From NCBI RefSeq assembly GCF_964213995.1, contig NC_135804.1:112468001-112532000 (forward strand): a DNA stretch of 64,000 nt, read 5' to 3'. Both the position numbers and the translations under genes were made by a program. Below, one piece after another: positions 1 through 12,385 of this stretch (position 1 is the stretch's first letter; each line of letters opens with the position of its first letter). The notes under the pieces are model-generated. The model was not told the origin of the DNA. It made no database searches and saw nothing but the letters and a program-made list of their open reading frames with translations. Origin of the DNA: Mustelus asterias (taxonomy: Eukaryota).

Positions 1-936
1 AAGGTGTAACTGGGGTGATCAGTAAGTTTGCGGATGACACGAAAATGGCTGGACTTGCAGATAGTGAGGAACATTGTCAGAGGCTACAGAAGGATATAGA
101 TAGGCTGGAAATTTGGGCAAAGAAATGGCAGATGGAGTTCAATCCAGATAAATGCGAAGTGATGCATTTTGGTAGAACTAACGTAGGGGGGAGCTATACG
201 ATAAATGGCAGAACCATAAAGGGTGTAGATACGCAGAGGGATCTGGGTGTGCAAGTCCACAGATCCTTGAAGGTGACGTCACAGGTGGAGAAGGTAGTGA
301 ATAAGGCATATGGCATGCTTGCCTTTATAGGACGGGGCATAGAGTATAAAAGTTGGGGTCTGATGTTGCAGTTGTATAGAACGTTGGTTCGGCCGCATTT
401 GGAATACTGCGTCCAGTTCTGGTCGCCACACTACCAGAAGGACGTGGAGGCTTTAGAGAGAGTGCAGAGGAGGTTTACCAGGATGTTGCCTGGTATGGAG
501 GGGCTTAGTTATGAGGAGAGATTGGGTAAACTGGGGTTGTTCTCACTGGAAAGACGGAGGATGAGGGGTGACCTAATAGAGGTGTATAAAATTATGAAAG
601 GCATAGATAGGGTGAACAGTAGGAAGCTTTTTCCCAGATCGGTGGTTACGCTCACGAGGGGTCATAGGTTCAAGGTGAGGGCGGGGGAGGTTTAACACGG
701 ATATCAGAAGGACGTATTTTATACAGAGGGTGGTGGGGGCCTGGAATGCGCTGCCAGGCAAGGTGGTGGAGGCGGACACACTGGGAACGTTTAAGACTTA
801 TCTAGATAGCCACATGAACGGAGTGGGAATGGAGGGATACAAAAGAATGGTCTAGTTTGGACCAGGAAGTGGTGCGGGTTTGGAGGGCTGAAGGGCCTGT
901 TCCTGTGCTGTATTGTTCTTTGTTCTTTGTTCTTTG
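1..936 (+). mobile_element. CR1/HER1-type LINE, 3' part (RT C-terminus, 3' UTR, (TTCTTTG)n tail)
   Basis: ORF 15..695 has KFADDTK, WQMEFNPDKCEVMHFG and RPHLEYCVQFWSP motifs. Frameshift near 680-695, then a CR1 3' hairpin and a TTCTTTG tandem tail. Confidence 0.95.
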
Positions 937-1070
937 GTGGCTTGGTAATTGCTATTAATCATCTTGAAGAGACGCTTAGGGAGGAATCATCTGCTCCGGG
1001 ATGAGGTCCTGTGCAGGGGTGAGAGGTCCGAGGGATTCCTGCTGCAGAGTGTAGTGAGTAAACCTGTCAA

Positions 1071-1380
1071 ATCATAGAATCCCTACAGTGCAGGAGGCCA
1101 TTCGGCCCACCAAGTCTGTACCGATCATAATTCCACCCAGGCCCAATACCCGCCACCCCACACATTTATCCTGCTAATCCCCCTGACATTAGGGACAATC
1201 TAGCATGGGCAAACCACCTAACCTGCACATCTTTGGCGTGTGGGAGGAAACTGGAGCACCCGGAGGAAACCCACGCAGACACGGGGAGAAAGTGCAAACT
1301 TCACACAGACAGTGACGGAGACCAGAATTGAACCCAGTCCCTGACGCTTTGAATCAACAGTGCTAACCACCATGCCACCC
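1071..1380 (-). mobile_element. HE1-type tRNA-derived SINE with CR1-like tail
   Basis: Reverse complement has an A-box/B-box tRNA head, the conserved body GTGTCTGCGTGGGTTTCCTCCGGGTGCTCC and the tail GGCCGAATGGCCTCC..GATTCTATGAT. Confidence 0.9.
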
Positions 1381-1448
1381 CATGCAACATTCAAGTCATT
1401 AATTATGTAGCCGCGAGGTTCACGTTAAATCTTGTGGTGGCGGGTCGG

Positions 1449-1770
1449 GCAGGAAGTCGGCTACTGTCATGTTGCCATATCTGTAAGTCACCCAGATAGG
1501 CCTTCATTAATGGTATCAGAACCTTGGAAGAAGCATGCGTAGGAAAAGACAGCAGCCTCCCGCCCCCTGCTTCACCGATCCTCTCTGGATGATCTCCTCA
1601 AGAAAGGCAGAACATCCCCTTCCCCAGCGATGGCCATAGGAGGCTATGTCATCTCACCATGCCAGCGAAGGAGGAGGTTGCTAGTGTGGACAGTGTCTGT
1701 TGGGTCCAGAGGAGGACTATTCTGCAATGCAGGGAACAGGTCAATTATCTCAGGCACTCTGTGAGGGTAA
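1449..1770 (+). pseudogene. Decayed Myb/SANT-like (Harbinger-type) first exon with upstream motifs
   Basis: Fragments PCFTD..L..LL, PSDGHRRLCHLTMPAKEEVAS and RRTILQCREQVNYLRHSVR, followed by GTAAC. Aligns by eye with the copies at 14324 and 27272. Confidence 0.65.
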
Positions 1771-1862
1771 CTGAACCTTCTATTGATTGGGCTTACATTT
1801 ACATAAGATTATTTTCCTTTTGCATCTTTCAACTGCAAGGAATGTGAAGAGAATATAGGACT

Positions 1863-3948
1863 GATTTTGATTTGATTTATTATTGTCACGTGTATTAGTA
1901 TACAATGAAAAGTATTGATTCTTGCACGCTATACAGATAAAGCATACTGTTCATAAAGAAGGAAAGGGTGCGTAATGTAGTGTTACAGTCATAGCTAGGG
2001 TTTAGAGAAAGATCAACTTAATATAAGATAGGTCCATTCAAAAGCCTGATAGCAGCAGAGAAGAAACTGTTCTTGAGTTGGTTGGTACATGACCTCAGAC
2101 TTTTGTACCTTTTTCCTGATAGAAGAAACATAGAAACATAGAAAACTACAGCACAAAACAGGCCCTTCGGCCCCACAAGTTGTGCCGAAGATATCCCTAC
2201 CTTTTAGGCCTACCTATAACCCTCCATCCTATTAAGTCCCATGTACTCATCCAGGAGTCTCTTAAAAGACCCTATTGAGTTTGCCTCCACCACCACTGAC
2301 GGCAGCCGATTCCACTCGCCCACCAAGAAAGTATGTCCAGGATGCATGGGGTCCTAGATTATGTTGGCTGCTTTCCGAGGCAGTAGGAAGTGTAGAGAGT
2401 CAATGGATGGGAGGCTGGTTTGCGTGATGGGCTGGGCTTTGTTCAAAACACTGTAGTTTCTTGTGGTCTTGGTCAGAGCAGGAGCCAAACCAAGCTGTGA
2501 TACAACCAGAAAGAATGCTTTCTATGATGCATCTGTAAAAGTTGGGGAGACTGAATTTCCTTAGCCTCCTGAGAAAATGGAGGCATTGGTAGGTTTTCTT
2601 AACTATTGCGTCAGTGTGGAGGGACAAGGACAGATTGTTGGTGATCTGAGCACCTAGAAACTTGAAGCTCTCGACCATTTCCACTTCATCCCCATTGATG
2701 TAGAGAGGGGCATGTCCTCCACTGTGCCTCCTGAAGTCGATGACTATCTCCTTCATTTTACTGATATTGAAGGAGAGATTATTGTCACCGCACCAATTCA
2801 CCAGATTCTCTATCTCTTTCCTGTACTCCATCTCATCATTGTTTGAGATCTGACCCACGATGGTGGTGTCATCAGCAAACTTGAAAATCGAGTTGGAGGG
2901 GAATTTGGTCACACAGTCATAGGTGTATAAGGAGCATAATAAGGGGCTGAGAACACAGCCTTGTGGGGCATCAGTGTTGAGGATAATTATGGAAGGGGTG
3001 TTGTTGCCTATTCTTACTGATTCTGGTCTGTGGGCTAGGAAGTTCAGAGAGAGGAGCTGAGCCCTAGGCCATGGAGTTTGGAGATGTGTTTTGTAGGCAT
3101 AATGGTGTTGTAGGCTGAGCTGTAGTCAATAAATGGGTGTATGAAATAAGTGTCCTTGTTATCCAGGTGTTCCAGGTTTGAGTGTAGGGCCAGGGAGATG
3201 GCATCTGCTGTGGACCTGTTGTGGCAATAGGCGAACTGTGATGGATCCAGGCAATCTAGGAGGCCAGAATTGATTCGTGTCATGACTAAACTTTTGAAAC
3301 ACTTCATAATGATTGAAGTCAGAGCCACCAGGCGATAGTCATTAAGGCATGCTGCCTGGCTTTTCTTTGGGACAGGGATGGTGGTCGCCTTTAGGTAGGA
3401 ACCTCAGATCGGTAAAGGAGAAGTTAAAGATGTCTGCGTATACCCCCACCAGCTGGTCCGCGCAGGATCTGAGAGCTCGTCCGGGTACCCCATCCAGGCC
3501 AGTCGCTTTCTGTGGCTTGACTTTCAAGAAGGCTGATCTGAGGTCTGCGATGGTGACCTCGGATACTGGTTCAGCCGAGGCTTCAGGGGTCGAAGACGTG
3601 CTCTCGCTGACCTTTTGCTCAATACAGGCATAGAATATGTTGAGCTCATTGGGGAGGGGTGCATTGTGCCGGCGATTCTACATACCTTCATCTTGTAGCC
3701 TGTTATGTCTTGTAGACCCTGCCATAATCAGTGGGAGTCTGTGTGGATAGCTTGGGACTCTAGTTTGGCCCGGTACTGTCTCTTGACAGCTTTGACGGTT
3801 CTCCATAGATCGTATCTGGATTTCTTGTATAGGTCAGGGTCACCTGACTTGAACGCCTCAGACCTGGACTTCAGCAAGCAGTGGATATCTTTGTTCATCC
3901 ATGGTTTCTGGTTGGGAAACACATGGATTTGCTTCTTTGGCGCACAGT
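1863..3948 (-). mobile_element. Rex1/Babar-type LINE, 5'-truncated and degenerate
   Basis: ORF pieces [71 protein letters not shown]. Tail GTGACAATAATAAATCAAATCAAAATCA. Confidence 0.9.
2125..2325 (-). mobile_element. Short CR1 3' end nested in the Rex1 element
   Basis: (AGAAACAT)n tail and ACAGGCCCTTCGGCCC hairpin interrupt the Rex1 sequence. Confidence 0.8.
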
Positions 3949-3961
3949 CACTGTGTCACTG

Positions 3962-4265
3962 CGACGGTGGCACAGTGGCACAGTAGCACTGCTGCCTCAC
4001 AGCACCAGGGACTCGGGTTCAATTCCTGGCTTGGTCACTGTGTGGAGTCTGCCTGTTCTCTCCGTGTCTGTATGCATTTTCTTCAGGTGCTCTGGTTTCC
4101 TCCCACAGTCCGAAAGACGTGTTGGTTAGGTGCAATGGCCATCCTAAATTCTCCCTCTGTGTACATGAACAGGCGCCGGAGTGTGACAACTAAGGGATTT
4201 TCACAGTAACTTCATTGCAGTGTTAATGTAAGTCTACTCATGACACTAATAAATAAACTTTAAAG
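3962..4265 (+). mobile_element. HE1-head SINE with Rex1-like tail
   Basis: tRNA head, HE1 body and tail TTCACAGTAACTTCATTGCAGTGTTAATGTAAG..GACACTAATAAATAAAC. Flanked by a near-TSD, ACTGTGTCACTG / ACTGTATCACTG. Confidence 0.9.
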
Positions 4266-4499
4266 ACTGTATCACTGTTGCACACTGTCACTCTATCACC
4301 TCAACTCTGCAATTCAATTTTCTCCCTCTCACACTGGAGCATGGATATATGTCAGGCAGATTCACTGGCTAATATTAAAGGAAAGGAACTTTTCCAACTT
4401 TACTTTCCACTGTTTAGGGAAGCATAAACCCAAACTCATATCACCATTCAGTTTGTGATTCCATCATGGAATGTGAGTTAACATCTAGGCCCATTTCAC

Positions 4500-5010
4500 A
4501 ATGCCTCCAGAAGGTGATGGGCTGACACCTTCTTGAACCTCTGCAGTCTGTGTGCTGTGCTCTCAGGGAGGAAGCTGCAGGATTCTCACTCAGTCACAGT
4601 CAAAGGACTGCCATGGCTATGGAACAGGTTGCAACTTGCAGTTGCTGTTGTTCCTGTATTCAAACTGCCCTGACCCATTTAGGGGGTAGAGCTCACATGG
4701 AAGCTTACATGGAAGAGGGAGTGGAAGACGATATCAAAGGAACCTTGATGAGTTCCTGCAATGCATCCTGTTTGTGGTACACACTGCTGCCACTTGGTGT
4801 TGCTGCTGGAGAGACTGAATGTTGAACGTGGTGGATGGGTGCCAATCGAATAGGCTGCATTGCCCTGGATGATGTCAAACTTGCTGAGCCTTTTTGAAGC
4901 TGCTTTCATGCAGATAACTGGAGACAGCTCCATCGCACTCCTGACTGGGGCCTTGTGCACAGTGGTCAGACTTTGGAGAGTCAAGAGGACAGTTGGGATC
5001 CACAGGGTTA
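4500..5010 (-). mobile_element. L2-type LINE 3' fragment, degenerate
   Basis: Shares the blocks CCTTCTTGAACC.CTGCAGT, CTGGATG.TGTC.A.CTT and CTTG...GTGG.CAG with the copies at 43540, 51600 and 60526. Confidence 0.7.
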
Positions 5011-5068
5011 ACAGTGTGAAGAACCGGCTCCTTCATCCCTCACAATCCATCCATCTGTCTTTACGCAG

Positions 5069-5681
5069 GAGGGGCAGCAGGTTATGGGGAATGGGAGCAG
5101 GTTGGAGGATAGGGAGTGGGAGAGGCAGCAGGTTGGAGGGATGGGAGTTGGAGAGGCAGCAGGCTGGAGGGATGTGGAGTGGGAAAGGCAGCAGGCTGGA
5201 GGGATGTGGAGTGGGAAAGGCAGCAGGTTGGAGGGATGGGGAGTGGGAGAGGCAGCGGCTGAAGGGACGGGGAGTGGGAGAGGTATCTGGTTGGAGGGAT
5301 GGGAGTGGGAGATGCAGCAGGTTGAGGGATGGGGAGTGGGAGAGGCAGCAGGCTGGAGGGATGGGGAGTGGGAGAGGCAGGAGGCTGGAGGGATGGAGAG
5401 TGGGAGAGGCAGCGGCTGAAGGGACGGGGAGTGGGAGAGGCAGCAGGCTGTAGGGATGGGGAGTGGGAGAGGCAGCAGGTGGGAGGGACGGGGAGTGGGA
5501 GATGCAGCAGGTGGGAGGGATGGGGAGTGGGAGATGCAGCAGGTTGGAGGGATGGGGAGTGGGAGAGGTATCTGGTTGGAGGGATGGGGAGTGGGAGAGT
5601 CAGCAGGCTGGAGAGACGGGGAGTGGGAGAGGCAGGAGGCTGGAGGGATGTGGAGTCGGAGGTATCAGGATGGAGGGATGG
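5069..5681 (+). repeat. Purine-rich ~31-bp minisatellite
   Basis: About 20 imperfect copies of GGGAGTGGGAGAGGCAGCAGG(T/C)TGGAGGGATG. It produces the spurious overlapping ORFs at 4860-5794. Confidence 0.95.
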
Positions 5682-5699
5682 TGAGCAGGGATGTAGAAA

Positions 5700-5973
5700 G
5701 AGTCAAAATTAACAAAAGAAGCAATGGTGACATGAAGAAAAGCTTCTCCATGCAGCGAGGGTTTGGGTCTGGAATGCACCGCTGGAGAATGTGATAGAGA
5801 CAGATTCACTCTATGTATTCAAGAGGGATTTAAATGTTATCTGTAAAGGAAAAATAAATGGGACTATGGGGTGAAGCTCGGGGAATGTCACTAAGTAAAT
5901 TTTCCCAGGGAGAGCTAGTACAGACATATTGGGCTGAATGGCCTCATTCTGCACTCTAATAACTTTGAGATTC
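5700..5973 (+). mobile_element. Old CR1 3' end
   Basis: MKKSFSMQR..WN-like remnant and GGGCTGAATGGCCTCATTCTG terminus. Confidence 0.65.
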
Positions 5974-6179
5974 AGCATTTGAAGTAATTTGGTTTTGCTA
6001 TAGAACCCTGAAAGTTGAAAGAGAAACTGCAAAGGTGCTAGAAATTATAATTTAAGTTCGTATTGACTCTGGATAAATGCTGGGAGGTTTGGTGTGGTGA
6101 GGGAGGGTGGCTAATGTAGTAGCCATCTTGTAAAGAATAGAGATGGCACTAATCAGGCTAATTGCAATCCAGTTAACTA

Positions 6180-6630
6180 AACATTTAGGGTCTTTAATTA
6201 GGGATGAAGCAGCTCATAAAAATATTCCAAATTGACAATCTTGTTTGACAAAATTCATTTGTGGAAGTTATAGACTTGATGAATGGAGATATGCAAAGGG
6301 TGTAATATCCATAAAACCTCAGGAAGCCTTTCACAAGGTCCTGCATGGAAATTAACTGGAGATGGTTAAGGATATGGAATTAGGGGGCAGATCGCAAACA
6401 GGATTAAAAATTGGTTGAATGAGCAAACAGAGAGTAGAATTTGAGGGGAGTTTTTCAGATTAGTTGGATAGGTCCCTCATAGTTCAATTCTGGAACACTG
6501 AGTATATCAATGATTTACATATTGGTCTAAAGAAAAGAGGTGTTGACATTGCCAGATAATACTAAAATAGAAACTTCAGTTAAATATTTAAAATACTGAA
6601 TAAAATTACAAGGATATATTTATACTGTTA
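6180..6630 (+). mobile_element. Highly decayed CR1 RT fragment
   Basis: Remnants of SCLTNL, KAFHKVLH, WIKNWL and ADNTKI motifs, with frameshifts. Confidence 0.6.
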
Positions 6631-7771
6631 TGTCAAGACCAGCACTCTCTATTTTGTCTCTCACTCATGTGCTACTATCCTGAATTCTGTTTTGGCCCCC
6701 AGCAGCTGCTTTTGATGGAGTTTGAATCCTGTGCACGGTACTAAACTCCATGCCCGGCTTCCTACTCCATCTCTGCCCTGTTCTCAAATCTGCTTTCACT
6801 ACCTCAAATGACTTCCCCTCTCCTGCCAGAATGCCAATTTATTCCATTTTGCTAAAACTCTCTTAGTTTTCCTCACTGCCTTAGCTATCCATAACTTAAT
6901 TCAACAAACGACACAATCCAGATCCTTGTTCCACAACCCCTTACTACCATCCTCTCCAAGGCCCTCTGATGACCAATCACCCAGAGCAGCAACGAATCTC
7001 TCTGTGACCTTAACCCACTCCATCTTGGTGACCCACTCCAGTTTTATAGCTCCAGAAACACTCTTTCAAAATTAAGCATTTCTTGTTTTCCCCCACTCCC
7101 TGCCCCTATTTTTATCCACCCCAGCATCATGGGCCTTCAGCACCTATATTCTTGTACAGCTTCCTCCATCTTACCAACGTCCTTCCTCCTCTCAGAAACT
7201 TCCTCAAAACCTTCTCTTCAAGCCGGCCTTCGCCCCTCCATTCTAACCTTTCCTTTTCCTGCCTTCGATTCCATGGTTCCTTTTTTCTCTTTAATATAAA
7301 CACTTTGGGATGTTGTTTTGCATTTGAGAGGTGCCAGATGTATCAATTGTTTTGGATCTTGATGTACAATACAGGTAAAACATTGGATTAAAAAACAGAT
7401 CTTTTGCTAATTTCTTCTGGGGAAGAATAGGGATGTTTGTTTATCGCAAACTTTTAACTCCATTGAACATTAGAAAAGATGTGGTGAGGAAAGAGGCCAT
7501 GCAGCCCGTTGAGTCTGCATCAGGCAGAAAAAAGAAACCAGCCAGTCATTTTGATCCCATTTTCCAGCTCCCGGTCCTGAGTCTTACAGGTTAGATTACT
7601 TCAGATGCAGATCCAGGTATCTTTCAAATGAGGTGTGCTCAATGTTTAGACTTCCTTACTGTTATTAAAAGAGCAATTTTTAAAGAACCCTCCTTAAAGT
7701 CCTTTGTAAAAGATTTTTGGAACTTCTCCTGCCCAGGAGGGAAAGAAAATCTCCATTTTGCAATTCGGAAG

Positions 7772-9113
7772 TGTTAGGGACTAGATAGGAACCCCAAGGT
7801 ATATTATGAAGTTAACTTAGACTTTTCCTTTTGGTTTTGGCATTATGGTGAGCATAAGGTACTTCACTCCAGGTATGATTCAGTTGACCCACTAGGAAGC
7901 TTTATGAAGAGAAACCTTATTTAAGAATACAGTTAGAACATAACAAAAATAATTGGCATGACTTTTACCAATTAAAATACTCAAACATGACGAAGTATAA
8001 ACATGACGGTATGCTTGCCCTCATCAGCCGGGGCATTGAGTTTAAAAATTGGCAAGTCATGTTGCAGCTTTATAGAACCTTTGTTAGGCTGCATTTGGAA
8101 TATAGTGTTCAATTCTGGTCGCCACACTACCAGAAGGATGTGGAGTCTTTGGAGAGGGTACAGAAAAGATTTAGCAGGATGTTGCCTGGTATGGAGGGCA
8201 TTAGCTATGAGGAAAGGTTGGAGAAACTTGGTTTGTTCTCACTGGAACGACGGAGGTTGAGGAGCGACCTGATAGAAGTCTACAAGATTATGAGAGGCAT
8301 GGATAGAGTAGATAGTCAGAAGATTTTTCCCAGGGTGGAAGAGTCAATTACTAGGGGGCACAGGTTTAAGGTGCGAGGGGCAAGGTTTAAAGGAGATGTA
8401 CGAGACAGATATTTTACACAGAGGGTGCTGGGTGCCTGGAACTCGTTGCCGGGGGAGGTAGTGGAAACAGATACGGTGATGACTTTTAAGGGGCATCTTG
8501 ACAAATACATGAATAGGATGGGAATAGAGGGATATGGTCCCCGGAAGGGTAGGGGGTTTTAGTTCAGTCGGGCAGCATGGTTGGTGCAGGCTTGGAGGGC
8601 CGAAGGGCCTGTTCCTGTGCTGTAATTTTCTTTGTTCCTTGTTCCATAATTCTTCACAGCTAGCTATCTTTATAGTCCCAAATGAACACAGCATCCCATG
8701 AGCATAAATCCCTTTTTCAGAACTAGTTGGCACCAAAAACAAACATGCTCACATGGATGCTAGATTTCCAGCCTTTTAACATCTCTGGACAGTGATCCAG
8801 ACAGACTCTTTCTTCTAATTCTCATACAGCAACCGCCAGAGAAAGACTGACTTATTTCCTGGCAGATTCCAGTCTCTAGACTTCAGAGACTCAGAGCTAC
8901 TTCGTCTTTCTACAGCTCCCCAAAAAGCAACTGAACTGAACTCCTCTGTGTAAGCCTAGCCCTGCCCAGTCACCTGATTCTCCGATCACTCAACTTAATC
9001 AAGTCCTACTCTGTAAAACCCCAGGGGAATATGCTCAAAACAGCATAACAGCATTAGTTCAGATTAAAACAAACATTGTAGCAATTAAGATTAATTGTAC
9101 TGCTGCAGTAACA
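7772..9113 (-). mobile_element. Solo LTR with 4-bp TSD (GAAG), containing a CR1 insertion
   Basis: Ends TGTTA...TAACA, with GAAG at 7768-7771 and 9114-9117. Shares CAGGTATGATTCA..TAGGAAGCTTT..TTATTTAAG with the LTR at 17876. Strand is inferred. Confidence 0.85.
8008..8645 (+). mobile_element. CR1 LINE 3' fragment nested in LTR
   Basis: ORF 7987..8562 (GMLALISRGIEFK..HLEYSVQFWSP), CR1 hairpin and TTCTTTG-like tail. Confidence 0.95.
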
Positions 9114-10276
9114 GAAGGTATCGGTTACAGTCAAGACGACACCGGTTAGAACAGACTGTCGAAACAGAAACATGACTCAAATACATTTCTTAAAGGCACT
9201 GTATCATCACAGGAAGGGATTTGGCTTGTATCATTTTTCAGATATTTTGTAAGAAATATTTCCTTCTGTGTACCACTTGCATTTTGAGGTGTTGTGGTGC
9301 TGAGAGTTCTGCCAGTAATGCAGAACCACACAGTAGGAAGATGCACAAAATGGTGCTCGGCAGAAATTATTGAGAGAAGCCTCGAGCATCTCCTTGGTGA
9401 AAACTGAATTATCGGTGAGAAACACAACTGCTCAATTTTGTCTCCTTCCTGTGAACTGGCAGGTCTGCAGAGCAGCCTACTTATCCAGCTCTTCAGCGTT
9501 AGAAGAGGCTGAAGATGAAAGATAATTTAATTGAAAATTTCAAAAATGGTTACTGTCATCTTTTGGAAATGTTTGTGAACTTCTTCCCTGTGGTGCAATT
9601 GTGTCATTTGGTTGCAATGAGTTCATTGATTACAGCAATGGGAATGGAATTGTACAAATTTAAAGGCTATCACATAAGTTGTTTTGCAAGAGTTAGTGTC
9701 GCATCAGACATTATCTCAGAGGTGGAGATGTATTGATTGGAACACAAACTTTCGAGAGTGACTCCAAATTGCAGCTTTCAGAGCAGAGTGCTTTGGATAT
9801 TGAGCTTGTCTGGAAATGATAGTGATGCCCTTTAGGCTGAGTGACAGTAAATACTCACAGGAAAGTTATTTTCGCCACACAGACAAAGGAAGTAAGCCAG
9901 CACTGGGAGCAAAATGTTGGAGAAGGTGGTGCAATTTACTGAAGGTTATGCTGCCCTTCATTACTTTATGCCAACAAACATTGAACTTTGTGAAAACTAT
10001 ATCATTAACATCCCATAAATATCATAATGGAATATTTAAAATCTTACAAGCCTGCAGTGATACTGTTGGATAACAAATTGTTGTAGCATTTGCAACCCTC
10101 CCTTGCTGTGCACTGAAATCGAGTGGATATAATTTCAACTTCATTTGCCCAAAGTGAATCACTAGGCCTTTCACATCATGTATTATTCACGACTGAGCCT
10201 CATGGAAAACAGCAAAGAGATAATGGATGCTCTAAGTGGAGAAGATGTTTGCTTCTCTCTATGTTGATTAAACATT

Positions 10277-11130
10277 GGCCTAGATTGTCAGGTCTCTGGA
10301 TCGTCAGAGTCCGGACGTACAAGACAGAGATACAGGCCCCCTTGGCAGTCCCAATGCACTGACTCCATGGCAACTGCCTGGGAAGTTGGAATTTCTGATG
10401 TGCAATTCTCCTGTTTCCTGGGACCCTCCGAAAGAGTCTCTGGGAGAGATTTTACATCCTCGCTCGGGTGAAATCATAAAATCCCTCCCAAGGCCAACAG
10501 GGATTTCCATTCTGGGAACCTCTGAAGTGGTCGACCTCCAACTCTGAGATAGAGCCAGAGACTTTGGACAGTTCTGAATTACTTAACTGAATAGTTACCC
10601 CGGAAATGCTAGATAGAAAAATCTTAGTGTAATTCCTGAAAATCTATACAACTGACATCAGTCACTCACACTGACTCCCCCCTTGACCCTCAGACTACTC
10701 CCGAACACCATGACTCCCCAGACTCCCCCCAACCTCCAATAACCCCCTAACCCAACCTGACCCGACTTCACTTCCATTCCCAGCTACCACCTCACCCAAC
10801 TGCCACCCTTTCACCTCTTCCCGCACCCAGCCTACACTCTCACCCACTTACCTCACCCGCCCTAGCCCCTCACCCACTTAACTTGCCTCTGACAATCTTC
10901 AAAGAAGACTTGGGGACATTTAAACTCCAAAATGTGGCGGCTAGTGCTGTTAAAATGGGGAACGGCTTCTGCGTGGATTCCCTCAGCTACTGCCTCTAAG
11001 GTTTCCTACACTGTCTGAGGTTTGCAGGATCCCCCATCGGAAGGTTGCCCTGGAAAATCGGCAGAAGGTAATCTGTTTGTCCAATCAGGGTTGGAAACAG
11101 GGATGCTGACACTGATCAGAGATTTGGGCC
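10277..11130. mobile_element. PIF/Harbinger-like non-autonomous DNA transposon
   Basis: Imperfect TIRs GGCCTAGATT / GATTTGGGCC with 3-bp TSD ATT on both sides and a C-rich interior. Confidence 0.65.
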
Positions 11131-11727
11131 ATTGAGGTATTTATTTGAGTGTGGGCTCTTTTTAAAGTTTGAACTAGATAGATTTTGAGCTCCAAACAAA
11201 CCTTTCTACACTGCTACAGTTCATGTAGTTAGCGAAGAATTTGCTTTGTCAGAAGTAAAGAGTCCTGGGGTAGATCACCACCATGAGACAATAGGAAACT
11301 GATTTCATCCAGTATTTAGCTTCCTGATGCTATGCAAAGTCTTGCGGGAAGACCAGACACTTCCATCCAGGTAGAACAGAGAGAATGTCATGGCCAGAAT
11401 CAGAGTTGTCTTATTATTAGATATGTTGTTCTAAGACACAACGTAGTATTTGTGCTGCTCAACTCATTTAACTCATAACAGCACACTGAGCCTCTGTCTG
11501 CAACATATCTCTGCTGTCGACTTACCTAAGACATAGCGAGGCTGGAATTTTCCTCTCCCGCCAGTGGCAAGCAGGATTGGAGAAAATGCCAGAATGAAAA
11601 ACGTCAGTTTCCCAGTGGCTGGAAATGACAACAGGAACTTGTATCCCCGACTGCCATGTCAGGTTAATGGCGGGTCGTGTTTCCCGCCATCGGGAACTGA
11701 ATTTGCACGTCATGCATGCTAATTAAT

Positions 11728-12000
11728 GTTTAAAGTTTTATTTGTTAGCCACAAGTAAGGTTTACATTAACACTGCAATGAAGTTACTGTGAAATTCCCC
11801 TGGCTGCCACACTCTGGCATCTGTTCGGATCAATGTACCTAACCACCACATCTTTCAGACTGTGGAAGGAAACTGGAGCATCCGGAGGAAACCCACGCAG
11901 ACACGGGGAGAATATGCAAACTCCACACAGACAGTGACCCAAGCTGGGAATTGAACCTGGGTCCTTGGCGCTGTGAAGCAGCAGTGCTAACCACTGTGCC
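11728..12000 (-). mobile_element. HE1-head SINE, Rex1-like tail (short-body variant)
   Basis: Reverse complement of the same head, body and tail as 3962. Confidence 0.9.
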
Positions 12001-12084
12001 GGCAGACACAAATCGCTCAACAGCCCTCCTCTCCACGCTGTGCCCCCGGCTTATCTTCAGCTCTGCCAGAAGTTAAAAAAAAGT

Positions 12085-12385
12085 TTTAAAGTTTTATGTA
12101 TTCGTCACAAGCAGGTTTACATTAACACGGCAATGAAGTTACCGTGAAAATCCCCTAGTCGCCACACTCTGGTACCTGTTCGGTACACTGAGGGAGAGTT
12201 TACCATGGCCAATGCACCTAACCTGCACATTTTCGGACTGTGGGAGGAAACTGGAGCACCCAGAGGAAACCCACACAGACACGGGGAGAATGTGCAAACT
12301 CCACACAGACAGTGATCCAGGACGGGAATCGAACCCAGGTCCTTGGCACTGTGAGGCAGCAGTGCTAATCACTGTGCCACTGTGA
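12085..12385 (-). mobile_element. HE1-head SINE, Rex1-like tail (long-body variant)
   Basis: Same family as 3962. Confidence 0.9.

Noticed and set aside
4860-5794. Several overlapping G/W/R-rich ORFs
   Set aside because: Artefact of a stop-poor minisatellite.
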